From: Eledone cirrhosa
Lineage: Eukaryota
Direction of reading: 5' to 3'
DNA: 64,000 nt
Assembly: GCA_964016885.1 (NCBI GenBank)
Contig: OZ024741.1
Span: forward strand, 174,468,001 to 174,532,000
Shown: in pieces, positions 1 through 12,886 of the stretch
How positions within the stretch are numbered: position 1 is the stretch's first letter
Layout: each line of letters starts with the position of its first letter
Notes under the pieces: generated by a model
The model's database searches: none
What the model saw: only the letters and a program-made list of their open reading frames with translations
Told to the model about the DNA's origin: nothing
Made by a program: the position numbers and the translations under genes

Positions 1-3000
1 ACTGACACCCTAGTTCTACAATGGAGTATAGCTCCCACATCTGGAGTGATGTTACTGTTACACAAACTGACACCCTAGATCTACAATGGGGTATAGCTCC
101 CACATCTGGAGTGATGTTACTGTTACACACACTGACACCCTAGACCTACAATGCGCTATAGCTCCCACATCTGGAGTGATGTTACTGTTACACAAACTGA
201 CACCCTAGATCTACAATGGGGTATAGCTCCCACATCTGGAGTGATGTTACTGTTACACAAACTGACACCCTAGATCTACAATGGGGTATAGCTCCCACAT
301 CTGGAGTGATGTTACTGTTACACAAACTGAGAACCTAGATCTACAATGGGGTATAGCTCCCACATCTGGAGTGATGTTACTGTTACACAAACTGACACCC
401 TAGACCTACAATGGGGTATAGCTCCCACATCTGGAGTGATGTTACTGTTACACAAACTGACACCCTAGTTCTACAATGGGGTATAGCTCCCACATCTGGA
501 GTGATGTTACTGTTACACAAACTGACACCCTAGATCTACAATGGGGTATAGCTCCCACATCTGGAGTGCTGTTACTGTTACACAAACTGACACCCTAGAT
601 CTACAATGGGGTATAGCTCCCACATCTGGAGTGATGTTACTGTTACACAAACTGACACCCTAGACCTACAATGGGCTATAGCTCCCACATCTGGAGTGAT
701 GTTACTGTTACACAAACTGACACCCTAGATCTACAATGGGGTATAGCTCCCACATCTGGAGTGATGTTACTGTTACACAAACTGACACCCTAGATCTACA
801 ATGGGGTATAGCTCCCACATCTGGAGTGATGTTACTGTTACACAAACTGAGAACCTATATCTACAATGGGCTATAGCTCCCACATCTGGAGTGATGTTAC
901 TGTTACACAAACTGACACCCTAGACCTACAATGGGCTATAGCTCCCACATCTGGAGTGATGTTACTGTTACACAAACTGACACCCTAGTTCTACAATGGG
1001 GTATAGCTCCCACGTCTGGAGTGATGTTACTGTTACACAAACTGACACCCTAGATCTACAATGGGGTATAGCTCCCACATCTGGAGTGATGTTACTGTTA
1101 CACAAACTGACACCCTAGTTCTACAATGGAGTATAGCTCCCACATCTGGAGTGATGTTACTGTTACACAAACTGACACCCTAGATCTACAATGGGGTATA
1201 GCTCCCACATCTGGACTGATGTTACTATTACACAAGCTGACACCCTAGACCTACAATGGGGTATAGCTCCCACATCTGGAGTGATGTTACTGTTACACAA
1301 ACTGACACCCTAGATCTACAATGGGGTATAGCTCCCACATCTGGAGTGATGTTACTGTTACACAAACTGACACCCTAGTTCTACAATGGGGTATAGCTCC
1401 CACATCTGGAGTGATGTTACTGTTACACAAACTGACACCCTAGATCTACAATGGGGTATAGCTCCCACTTCTGGAGTGATGTTACTGTTACACAACCTGA
1501 CACCCTAGATCTACAATGGGGTATAGCTCCCACATCTGGAGTGATGTTACTGTTACACAAACTGACACCCTAGACCTACAATGGGGTATAGCTCCCACTT
1601 CTGGAGTGATGTTACTGTTACACAAACTGACACCCTAGACCTACAATGGGGTATAGCTCCCACATCTGGAGTGATGTTACTGTTACACAAACTGACACCC
1701 TAGACCTACAATGGGGTATAGCTCCCACATCTGGAGTGATGTTACTGTTACACAAACTGACACCCTAGACCTACAATGGGGTATAGCTCCCACATCTGGA
1801 GTGATGTTACTGTTACACAAACTGACACCCTAGACCTACAATGGGGTATAGCTCCCACTTCTGGAGTGATGTTACTGTTACACAAACTGACACCCTAGAC
1901 CTACAATGGGGTATAGCTCCCACATCTGGAGTGATGTTACTGTTACACAAACTGACACCCTAGACCTACAATGGGGTATAGCTCCCACTTCTGGAGTGAT
2001 GTTACTGTTACACAAACTGACACCCTAGACCTACAATGGGGTATAGCTCCCACATCTGGAGTGATGTTACTGTTACACAAACTGACACCCTACATCTACA
2101 ATGGGCTATAGCTCCCACATCTGGAGTGATGTTACTGTTACACAAACTGACACCCCAGATCTACAATGGGCTATAGCTCCCACATCTGGAGTGATGTTAC
2201 TGTTACACAAACTGACACCCTAGACCTACAATGGGCTATAGCTCCCACATCTGGAGTCATGTTACTGTTACACAAACTGACACCCTAGTTCTACAATGGG
2301 GTATAGCTCCCACATCTGGAGTGATGTTACTGTTACACAAACTGACACCCTAGATCTACAATGGGGTATAGCTCCCACATCTGGAGTGATGTTACTGTTA
2401 CACAAACTGAGAACCTAGATCTACAATGGGGTATAGCTCCCACATCTGGAGTGATGTTACTGTTACACAAACTGACACCCTAGACCTACAATGGGGTATA
2501 GCTCCCACATCTGGAGTGATGTTACTGTTACACAAACTGACACCCTAGTTCTACAATGGGGTATAGCTCCCACATCTGGAGTGATGTTACTGTTACACAA
2601 ACTGACACCCTAGTTCTACAATGGGGTATAGCTCCCACATCTGGAGTGATGTTACTGTTACACAAACTGACACCCTAGATCTACAATGGGGTATAGCTCC
2701 CACTTCTGGAGTGATGTTACTGTTACACAACCTGACACCCTAGATCTACAATGGGGTATAGCTCCCACATCTGGAGTGATGTTACTGTTACACAAACTGA
2801 CACCCTAGACCTACAATGGGGTATAGCTCCCACTTCTGGAGTGATGTTACTGTTACACAAACTGACACCCTAGACCTACAATGGGGTATAGCTCCCACAT
2901 CTGGAGTGATGTTACTGTTACACAAACTGACACCCTAGACCTACAATGGGGTATAGCTCCCACATCTGGAGTGATGTTACTGTTACACAAACTGACACCC

Positions 3001-5661
3001 TAGACCTACAATGGGGTATAGCTCCCACATCTGGAGTGATGTTACTGTTACACAAACTGACACCCTAGACCTACAATGGGGTATAGCTCCCACTTCTGGA
3101 GTGATGTTACTGTTACACAAACTGACACCCTAGACCTACAATGGGGTATAGCTCCCACATCTGGAGTGATGTTACTGTTACACAAACTGACACCCTAGAC
3201 CTACAATGGGGTATAGCTCCCACTTCTGGAGTGATGTTACTGTTACACAAACTGACACCCTAGACCTACAATGGGGTATAGCTCCCACATCTGGAGTGAT
3301 GTTACTGTTACACAAACTGACACCCTACATCTACAATGGGCTATAGCTCCCACATCTGGAGTGATGTTACTGTTACACAAACTGACACCCCAGATCTACA
3401 ATGGGCTATAGCTCCCACATCTGGAGTGATGTTACTGTTACACAAACTGACACCCTAGACCTACAATGGGCTATAGCTCCCACATCTGGAGTCATGTTAC
3501 TGTTACACAAACTGACACCCTAGTTCTACAATGGGGTATAGCTCCCACATCTGGAGTGATGTTACTGTTACACAAACTGACACCCTAGATCTACAATGGG
3601 GTATAGCTCCCACATCTGGAGTGATGTTACTGTTACACAAACTGAGAACCTAGATCTACAATGGGGTATAGCTCCCACATCTGGAGTGATGTTACTGTTA
3701 CACAAACTGACACCCTAGACCTACAATGGGGTATAGCTCCCACATCTGGAGTGATGTTACTGTTACACAAACTGACACCCTAGTTCTACAATGGGGTATA
3801 GCTCCCACATCTGGAGTGATGTTACTGTTACACAAACTGACACCCTAGATCTACAATGGGGTATAGCTCCCACATCTGGAGTGATGTTACTGTTACACAA
3901 ACTGACACCCTAGACCTACAATGGGCTATAGCTCCCACATCTGGAGTGATGTTACTGTTACACAAACTGACACCCTAGATCTACAATGGGGTATAGCTCC
4001 CACATCTGGAGTGATGCTACTGTTACACAAACTGACACCCTAGATCTACAATGGGGTATAGCTCCGACATCTGGAGTGATGTTACTGTTACACAAACTGA
4101 GAACCTATATCTACAATGGGCTATAGCTCCCACATCTGGAGTGATGTTACTGTTACACAAACTGACACCCTAGACCTACAATGGGCTATAGCTCCCACAT
4201 CTGGAGTGATGTTACTGTTACACAAACTGACACCCTAGTTCTACAATGGGGTATAGCTCCCACGTCTGGAGTGATGTTACTGTTACACAAACTGACACCC
4301 TAGATCTACAATGGGGTATAGCTCCCACATCTGGAGTGATGTTACTGTTACACAAACTGACACCCTAGTTCTACAATGGAGTATAGCTCCCACATCTGGA
4401 GTGATGTTACTGTTACACAAACTGACACCCTAGATCTACAATGGGGTATAGCTCCCACATCTGGACTGATGTTACTATTACACAAGCTGACACCCTAGAC
4501 CTACAATGGGGTATAGCTCCCACATCTGGAGTGATGTTACTGTTACACAAACTGACACCCTAGATCTACAATGGGGTATAGCTCCCACATCTGGAGTGAT
4601 GTTACTGTTACACAAACTGACACCCTAGTTCTACAATGGGGTATAGCTCCCACATCTGGAGTGATGTTACTGTTACACAAACTGACACCCTAGATCTACA
4701 ATGGGGTATAGCTCCCACATCTGGAGTGATGTTACTGTTACACAAACTGACACCCTAGATCTACAATGGGCTATAGGTCCCACATCTGGAGTGATGTTAC
4801 TGTTACACAAACTGACACCCTAGACCTACAATGGGGTATAGCTCCCACTTCTGGAGTGATGTTACTGTTACACAACCTGACACCCTAGATCTACAATGGG
4901 GTATAGCTCCCACATCTGGAGTGATGTTACTGTTACACAAACTGACACCCTAGATCTACAATGGGGTATAGCTCCCACTTCTGGAGTGATGTTACTGTTA
5001 CACAAACTGACACCCTAGACCTACAATGGGGTATAGCTCCCACATCTGGAGTGATGTTACTGTTACACAAACTGACACCCTAGACCTACAATGGGGTATA
5101 GCTCCCACATCTGGAGTGATGTTACTGTTACACAAACTGACACCCTAGACCTACAATGGGGTATAGCTCCCACATCTGGAGTGATGTTACTGTTACACAA
5201 ACTGACACCCTAGACCTACAATGGGGTATAGCTCCCACTTCTGGAGTGATGTTACTGTTACACAAACTGACACCCTAGACCTACAATGGGGTATAGCTCC
5301 CACATCTGGAGTGATGTTACTGTTACACAAACTGACACCCTAGACCTACAATGGGGTATAGCTCCCACTTCTGGAGTGATGTTACTGTTACACAAACTGA
5401 CACCCTAGACCTACAATGGGGTATAGCTCCCACATCTGGAGTGATGTTACTGTTACACAAACTGACACCCTAGATCTACAATGGGGTATAGCTCCCACAT
5501 CTGGAGTGATGTTACTGTTACACAAACTGACACCCTAGACCTACAATGGGGTATAGCTCCCACTTCTGGAGTGATGTTACTGTTACACAAACTGACACCC
5601 TAGACCTACAATGGGGTATAGCTCCCACTTCTGGAGTGATGTTAATGTTACACAAATTGAC
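1..5661. repeat. 65-bp tandem minisatellite, 87 full copies in window (runs off left edge), LINE-ORF2-derived
   Basis: Unit ACTGACACCCTAGATCTACAATGGGGTATAGCTCCCACATCTGGAGTGATGTTACTGTTACACAA starts at 1, 66, 131 ... 5591 with only point variants. Confidence 0.98.
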
Positions 5662-6078
5662 AGATTTGACTCCATCCAAAGAAATTCCACCCAATTAACT
5701 ATGATGAAGTCACCCAAATCACACTCCAGGATCAGGTTCATAGGTGTCTATTTTTGATGTCTCTTCTATGATTACCACAATGGACCCTTTTGCTGTTACT
5801 ACAATGGGTTCTACTCTTCAGAACCGGTCTCTCTCATGCTATTACCCTTGTCACTCTTTCTCCCATTACCCATATTTTGTGTCCAACCCTACAGGCAACA
5901 TAGCCACTACACTGGTCTTTCCTTGTCAATATGTTGTTTTTTTGGAATTCTTTTCCTACAGCAATTGACTTGCAACAATTTAAGTGGAACATTAATGGCA
6001 TTAATTTCACTGGTCTTGGACAGCTTGCTAAAGCCATGGGGACACATCATTCATCCTGAATAAATTAATAAAAAAAAA
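5656..6078 (+). mobile_element. Degenerate 3' end of a CR1/L2/Jockey-group LINE (ORF2 C-terminus, 3' UTR, A-rich tail)
   Basis: Frameshifted translations FDSIQRNSTQL, LFYDYHNG and FWNSFPTAIDLQQFKWNIN resemble the LDxIQRRA / LFYRY / LWNSLP..FK motifs of these LINEs. Ends in TAAATTAATAAAAAAAAA. Confidence 0.7.
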
Positions 6079-6257
6079 CATTTGAATATATGTTACAGCA
6101 TTTATCATTGCAGTCAGTTTACCTTTCATCCTTACAGGATCAATAAAATAAAGCGCCAGTAACGCACTGGAATCGATTTAATCGACTTTCCCTTCCCCCA
6201 AATTACTGGCCTTGTGCCTATACTAGAAGTCATTATTATTGCAGTCAGTGGATTGCA

Positions 6258-6447
6258 GGCGGTGGATTGGCAGTATCGGTAGAGGGTCGGACGCCATGCT
6301 TTCCAGCATAGTTACGTCCCTTTACGATCTGAGTTCAAATCCCGCCGAGGTTGACTTTGTCTTTCATCCTTACGGGGTCGATAAAATAAAGTACCAGTAA
6401 TGTACTGGGTATTTGCTGGCCTTGTGCCTAAAGTAGAAACAATTATT
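6258..6447 (+). mobile_element. tRNA-derived SINE, family A (Meta-domain-like core)
   Basis: A box TGGCAGTATCGG, B box GTTCAAATCC, core CTTTCATCCTTACGGGGTCGATAAAATAAAGTACCAG, (ATT)n tail. Partial or old copies nearby at ~6118-6240 and ~6650-6790, and many more in the window. Confidence 0.85.
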
Positions 6448-6455
6448 ACTGCAGT

Positions 6456-6622
6456 CAGTGGCAGATTTACCATTGTGCTTAGGTGTGCTTAAGCACTGGA
6501 CCCCACTGGCCAGGAAAAGCCCATCTTCCTGCCAAAAAGATTTTTTACCACCTTCAGGGCCCAAATAAGGGGCCTCATAACTTAACTAGCACAGAGCCTC
6601 ATTTGCCCTAAATCTGACACTG
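6456..6622. mobile_element. hAT-type MITE, copy 1
   Basis: TIRs CAGTGGCAGATTTA / TAAATCTGACACTG; imperfect 8-bp flanks (xxTGCAGT); homologous to 6961-7336. Confidence 0.65.
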
Positions 6623-6960
6623 GTTGCAGTATTTAGTTATAGCTTCTGAGTACAAATCCCACTGAGGTTAGATTTGCCTTTCATCTTTCTAGAGTTGATA
6701 AAATAAATATCAGTTAACAACTGTGGTCAATATAATTGACTTTCCCCATTCTTCAAATTGCTGGCTTTGTGCCAATGCTAGAAGGAATTATATTAAAATA
6801 TATATTTTTAATAACTGTAATCTTTGCTGCATGTATCTGGTTTAAAATACATACACCATATCCCTGCATGCCACATGAGGTGACTATATGGGTTAGCACT
6901 ATGAAGGGCACCTGGCCATAAAACATTACCTCAAAACAGACGCCATGAGGTCTCTGCAAG

Positions 6961-7336
6961 CCGTGCAGGGTTTACCACTGTGCTTAAGCACAGGGCCCCA
7001 TTGGCCAGGGGGGTGCCCATCTTCCTTCTTCTTTTCTTCGCACACTTATTCGTGTGTCGTGGGGGCAGAGTCTTCAAACACTAACTCCAATGGATCCTGT
7101 CAGAAGCAACCATCTCCAACTAATCTGGCTGGATCCCCAAGAGTGACCAACCAAGTTTATGGATGTTATCCAACTATCTTGCTTCAGGTCTACCCCTGGG
7201 TCTCCTACTTGTTGGTTTCACCTGTAAAATCTGTCCATCTTCCTGCCCCCCAAATTTTTTACTTCCTTCAGGGCCCAAGTAAGGGACCTCATAACTTAAC
7301 TAGCACAGGGCCTCATTTGTCCTAAATCTGGCACTG
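6961..7336. mobile_element. hAT-type MITE, copy 2, with a nested RTE fragment
   Basis: Perfect 8-bp TSD TCTGCAAG at 6953-6960 and 7337-7344; 3' TIR TAAATCTGGCACTG. Confidence 0.75.
7027..7234 (-). mobile_element. 5'-truncated RTE-type LINE 3' fragment (family also at 15545-15905 and 25840-26100)
   Basis: 10-bp TSD CCATCTTCCT at 7017-7026 and 7235-7244; shares TCTCCAACTGATCCGGCTGGATCCCCAAG-like sequence with the other two copies. Confidence 0.7.
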
Positions 7337-7733
7337 TCTGCAAGGCTAACCTCTGCTCTAAGAAGGAAAGATTAGTTTTAGAAAGTGTGAAAAAGAAAAA
7401 GAAGTCGCAATCTCTCCTAAAAGTTTTGAATTTGCAAAATATAATATATTCCTACTACTCCAAATTTATTGAATTATTTTAAGTGACTACAGTAAAACAT
7501 GTGCTGCAAAAAACAGTACATATTTTAACAAGGCAGTGCATAGATAGAATAGGAATTATTTGTTTATATAGCTGTCTTCTTGTGGAGGAGGAATTAGTTA
7601 CCTGGTTTGCTTTGGTCTGAGTTGTTTAGGAAATAAAAAAAATAAATACTTGTGCTCTGAATGAAAGATGTATATTTAAACTCTGTAATTGTACACACAC
7701 ACATATATGTGTGTGTATATATATATATATGCT

Positions 7734-7810
7734 CAGTGTCCCCCAAAAATGTATACACGCTTCAACTGCATTCTAATGAATATATGTATACATTTTTTGG
7801 GGACACCCTG
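7734..7810. mobile_element. Miniature Tc1/mariner-type MITE
   Basis: Inverted repeats GTGTCCCCCAAAAATGTATACA / TGTATACATTTTTTGGGGACACCCTG in TA-rich context; CAGGGTG-type terminus. Confidence 0.5.
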
Positions 7811-7989
7811 TGTGTATATATATATATGTATATACATATATATATATATATATATAATAATATATATATACATGCACACACACACATATATATATATGCA
7901 TATGCGCACACTTATATATATTTATACTTAATTCTGCCTTCTATGTTGAAATTTCCCCTTCCTCTCCTAACTGATCATTCTTCTAAAGC

Positions 7990-8243
7990 TCGCTCTCTCT
8001 CTCTCTCTATCTCCTACTCTCACGCTCTCTCTCTCTCTCTCTCTCTTTGACTTATCCTCTCTTTCTTTCTCTCTAAATATTATGGTCTGGCCTATAATCT
8101 CAGCACGGAGAGAATCACGTTTCGCAGCAGAGGTAACGTTGCGATCACGTGACACCTCTGTCGGTGGGAGTGAGAATTTGAGATGTCATCGCCATGCGTG
8201 TTGCTTTGGCTTGCTGTGTGTCGTCGTAGTTTGGTTCTTTACT
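7990..8243 (+). promoter_or_regulatory. Probable promoter / 5' UTR: (CT)n tract followed by a CpG-rich patch with an E-box
   Basis: Local CpG enrichment at 8100-8230 in CpG-poor DNA; ATCACGTGAC at ~8144-8153; lies directly upstream of the long exon. Confidence 0.4.
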
Positions 8244-9592
8244 ATGACCCAGACACTCTCTCACATTGGCAATGTAGTAGTGTTTGAGGCATCTGGCGAC
8301 AACTGGTCGCACCAACAACAACAACAACACGACAATGGCAACAGCAGCAGCAGTTCACTGTGCTCTGTCGAAACGACGACTACGGCCTCTGGAGGAAGCG
8401 GTTCAGGTTTGGGTCTACATCATCAACAACAATTTCAACCTAACACTATCACTAATGTTACTGCTGCCAGTCTTACTAGTATTTCACAGCAATCAAAGCC
8501 CACTTCGAGTTCCCTTACAGATGCTTTCACTTCGACAACTGCTACTACTACTACTATCATCCCATCGAGTGCCCTGTCTACTCAATCTTCCTTTGGCGCT
8601 GTTCCTCTGTCTACTGCTATTGATGTTGCCCACGCTACGATCACCGCTTCCCTGGCTAACACCAACACCACCACTAACAACAATACCACTACCAACAACA
8701 ACACAACCAACACTGGAAACTTCCCTCCTTTCATTAACACTGCCACCACAACCATTAACACTATCAACAACATCAACAATAACAGTACGGTTATCCCGAC
8801 TTCTTGTGTTGCTGCCTCTAATAACTCCAACACTTCGACTTTGCATCAAGTAGAACCTGCTACTGTTGTCCCATATTCCTCTGGACATCGCTTATTGTTA
8901 TTATTACAACAACAACAGCAAGAACAACAGCAACAACAAACGTCAACGGCGATCGCCGCCAGCCCATCATTAGCTACGACAACGACAGCTTTGTTATCTC
9001 CTCGGTTGTTATTGTCGCCAGTTCGTTCATCTTCCTTGTCATTGTCTTCATTGAATTCATCCGGGAAAAAAATCGACAGCAATAGTAAGTTAGTGAAGAA
9101 ATCAGCCAACTTGCTTTTACCTTCATCATCATCATCGACTTGCACATTATCGCCACCCTCATTACCATTATTATCTTCTGGTTCCACTTCTGTTTGTTCT
9201 TCATCATCGTCATCATCTTACACCATTGTCTCTTCTTCCTTATTGTCGTCTTCTTCATCGTCCTCCTCCTCCTCTTCATCATCGTCGTCATCCTCGACGT
9301 CGTTATCTCACCGGACAGCCCGATCCCCGTCCACCACCTATGATAATAATAACAACAACTCCAGTGCTAACAACAACAGTACTGGCAGCCAACATACAAT
9401 TCTGCCCCTATCTCCCAGGAGTGACCCTTCTCGTAAATGCCGCGGATCGGTTGATTCCAGGGGTCCCCCCACTAACTCAGGTGAGACTACAACCACCGAA
9501 GAGGGACAACAGCGTATCTCCGCGACTTGCGGAGAGACAGCTGGCAAGGAACGTCTTTCAAAGATCGAAGAGAATATTGAATCATCTATCAG
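8244..9592 (+). CDS. Probable first coding exon of an unidentified gene; disordered Ser/Thr/Gln/Asn-rich N-terminus
   Basis: 504-codon open frame (8082-9596) with higher GC/CpG and codon-type homopolymer runs. It ends ...EENIESSIR at AG|GTAATT (phase 2), followed by AT-rich DNA. Start is uncertain (ATG 8082 or 8244). No recognisable domain and no downstream exon identified. Confidence 0.7.
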
Positions 9593-11055
9593 GTAATTTG
9601 TTTTTAATGTATTTTATCTTGTCTTTTCAAATTATTTTTTAACCTGTATTTATTTCGAACCGTGTTATATAATGATCCGAACAATTTCTTGTGTGTGTGG
9701 GAGGGAGGGGGGGGTTTATATCATTATACCCGTGTCATAGATGTGTATTATGGAGTTCTCAGGTGGGGTTACCAGGGAAAACGATTAATTTACGTCGGTT
9801 TTGAAAGCCGTATTCGTCCAATACACATTTTATAAAATCACAGGAAAAACAAATTTCGCCTTTAAAATTCTAACCAAACCAATCAACTAACTACTCTTAA
9901 AATTAAAAGAAAATTACTGTAATAGTAAAAAGTACCTATTTTTTCTGATAGAGTTGTTTTATAGTTTTTGTTGGGCGGTGAGATTGGCAGAAACGGTAGA
10001 GTGTCGGACAAGTGCTTTGTAGTATTTGGTTCCGTGACATTACGTTTTGCTTCAAAGCCCATCGTAGTCGATAAGAACGTGCACTGGAGTTCGGTGAAAT
10101 CGACAATACTCAGACCCGGTCTTGCATCGTTTAAATTTGATTAAAGAACCTGAACACAAAACACTGCATACGCAGTGGATCCTTGTTTATTTATATTCAA
10201 ACTATCATCCATTGCTTTGTAGTGTTTTATTAACTGTCAGATTAAAAATGCCGATATGGTATATTACACTGGTTTTGTTTGATTTCGCAGACAACAGTAT
10301 GGGTCGTGTTTAATTATTGCAATGATAACATTATCTCAGAATTTAAAATTATAACCCCTTGTAAAGATATTTCATGGCGGTGAATTGACAAGAGTCGTTA
10401 GAACTTTGGATAGAATGCTTTACGTTATTCGTTCCTGCTCTCTGCTCCCTGAGTTCAAAACCCGTCTAAATCAACTTTGCCTTCCATCGTTTGGAGGTTG
10501 ATAAAAAAAAAAAGTACCAGTTCAGTACTGAGGTTGATTCTTCCTCAATATCTCTCACTTATTCTCTGTTACTCTTTCTCTCTTCTTTGGAAAAAATCGG
10601 CTGTATTCAGACCTGAAGAGAGGATGGGCTCAACTAGGTTTAAAATGTCACTACAGCGCCCCTACGACTTCACCAGGAGTTACTTGTTCATACATACAAG
10701 ACACAGATATTTCCATTCATTATCATCTCTTGTCCTTCATTATCCTTTCCAAGGCATTCTTTGCCTTGTTATTTATTTCTCTTATTTATTTTTCTTCCTA
10801 AGAAAGCATCATTATGTTGATCTGAGTTTTTAATGTTGCAAACTAAATCTGTCTATTTCGTCATGGTATTCTTGGCGATTCAAACTTCATCTTTTGGTCT
10901 GCTGTTAATGAAAACTCAACTGTTTTATATGGTCAAATGAAATAAAAACATTCTGTGAGAACTGAGCTTCTATTCCGACACGTAATTTACTGTTTAGTAC
11001 TGAGGCTTATTTGTGTTGTTATTAATGTCGGCCCTTGTGGCCAATAAATGAAACA

Positions 11056-11057
<2 letters not shown>

Positions 11058-11108
<51 letters not shown>

Positions 11109-11350
11109 CATTCTTATTTTCTTTCATTATTGTTTCTGAGATATATGCCGAGTGTCTTCCTGACACCTAGGGCAAATAAATTCACAGTGTGCATTTGGTA
11201 AGCTAGTTAATACAGCACATTGATTATAATTTAAAAAAAAAAAACAGTATACATATATACACATGTGCATATGCATATGTAAATACAAGGAGGGATATCA
11301 ATCTTACAGAGATAGTGCTCTTCTCAATACGTGTGCAATTATTATTATTA
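11058..11350 (-). mobile_element. R4/Dong-like RLE LINE 3' end in a (TAA)n tract
   Basis: Minus strand reads AHVLRRALSL*; 3' UTR motif GCCGAGTGTxTTCCxxACACC is shared with 47800-48350; (TTA)n on both sides. Confidence 0.6.
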
Positions 11351-12569
11351 AATAAAGAAATCATTATTATAATAATAATAATGATTTCTTTATATCCGGT
11401 TTCACTTTCAAAATGTAATTCATTCCAACAGTTTTTAAATCTTAATAGAAGTTGCTGGCTGGCTGCCTGGCTGGATGGCTTACTATTGTAATGACAAAAA
11501 AATATAATGAGCAAATTGTAGTATGGACATAGCCTCAATCAAATGACTGAAACCAATAGAAGACTAAGTGTGTGGAGTATTATTTTGTTTATAATTAAAA
11601 ATATGTATCCTCGATATTTATTTAACTCAAGTGTGATTGTCAGTTGTTTGACATTTCTTATAAGTTACAACTGTCACCTAGATATATGTATGTGTGTGTG
11701 TGTATGTATGTATATATATATATATGTATATATATAATACACGCGTATGTGTAAATAGGATTGCATTTTTTCTGTATGTAATAATGAAAGTAGGTCCACA
11801 ACCGCATGTATATTACTGCGAATGTGCGTGTGTACGTATGTGTGTCGCATCTGTGCTCCATGCATTTATTTGTTGATGTACTTATATCGATGCATCTCTT
11901 TACGAGTCATATGTGCGTACACGTTTCAGTCTGTAAACGTCGTATCTGTGTGTGTATACAGGTTTAACATGCAAACAATACAATGTACACACATACATGC
12001 ATGCATTGCATGCATACATATATTGTAATAGCTAATGTGTGTATTCGTTTGATAGTTGAGAAAGGAGCATGCCGTGCTGCCTGCCATACACACACACAAC
12101 GTTATTTCCCTATCTGTTCAGATTAACCCAACTGCCAAAGAAGGATTCCAATAATCGATCGGCATAGAATCTTTCATAGCTAATATACTATACATCTTCT
12201 GTTTATTTACCGTTTTCTTTCTTTGTCACCTGCTTTCTCTTTTTTCCTTCCTCCACTCTTCACTATCACCGAGCCTAGCCAGACCTGATTAAAGGGATCA
12301 ACCGTACATTTGTAGAACATTTGCAGCATGCACTGCTCTCTTTCTCTCTCTCTCTCTCATACTATAGTGCACACACATATATACGTATGTGTGTGTGTGT
12401 ATTGAATATTGCATGTATATCCAATACTTCATTACAACCGAGATGTGATGATAGGTCCATGTTGCTAGGATTAGGCTATTAAACTGTCTCACCTACTCCA
12501 TTATTTGACGTATGTATACATGTGTATGAGCAATATATACATGTATATGCATGCGTTTAGTATTGATTC

Positions 12570-12754
12570 ACGAGAATAAATACTCAGTACCATAGTTGAG
12601 ATTCATACTTTTATTAAGGTCGAGTCAGTGTCCTGTCACTCTGGAGTTTCGCCTGTGTCCACGAGGTCATTGAACAGTCATGACTGTCTGATGACCTCGT
12701 CGACACACTGGCGAAACTCCAGAGTAACAGGACACTGACTCGATCTTAATAAAA
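12570..12754. mobile_element. Penelope-like pLTR remnant; fold-back palindrome with a degenerate hammerhead motif
   Basis: Imperfect inverted repeat 12609-12754; + strand CTGT-CTGATGA-...-GAAA-CTC-CA-GAG-TA-ACAG (12684-12730). Confidence 0.6.
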
Positions 12755-12755
12755 C

Positions 12756-12789
<34 letters not shown>

Positions 12790-12828
12790 ATCATTTAACG
12801 TGTGTTTTCCTTGATAGCAAGAGCTGAA

Positions 12829-12885
<57 letters not shown>

Positions 12886-12886
<1 letters not shown>

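Noticed and set aside
1-5661. CRISPR-like appearance of the regular arrays (also 39170-40970 and 49910-51981)
   Set aside because: Units are contiguous with no unique spacers, there are no cas genes, and the context is eukaryotic.
8284-9642. Overlapping alternative-frame and antisense ORFs within the exon
   Set aside because: Shadows of trinucleotide-rich coding sequence; only the 8082 frame spans the region to the splice donor.
10610-10645. CTGAAGA-GAG..CTC-AACTAGGT as a possible hammerhead
   Set aside because: GAAA and the cleavage triplet are missing; too degenerate to support.
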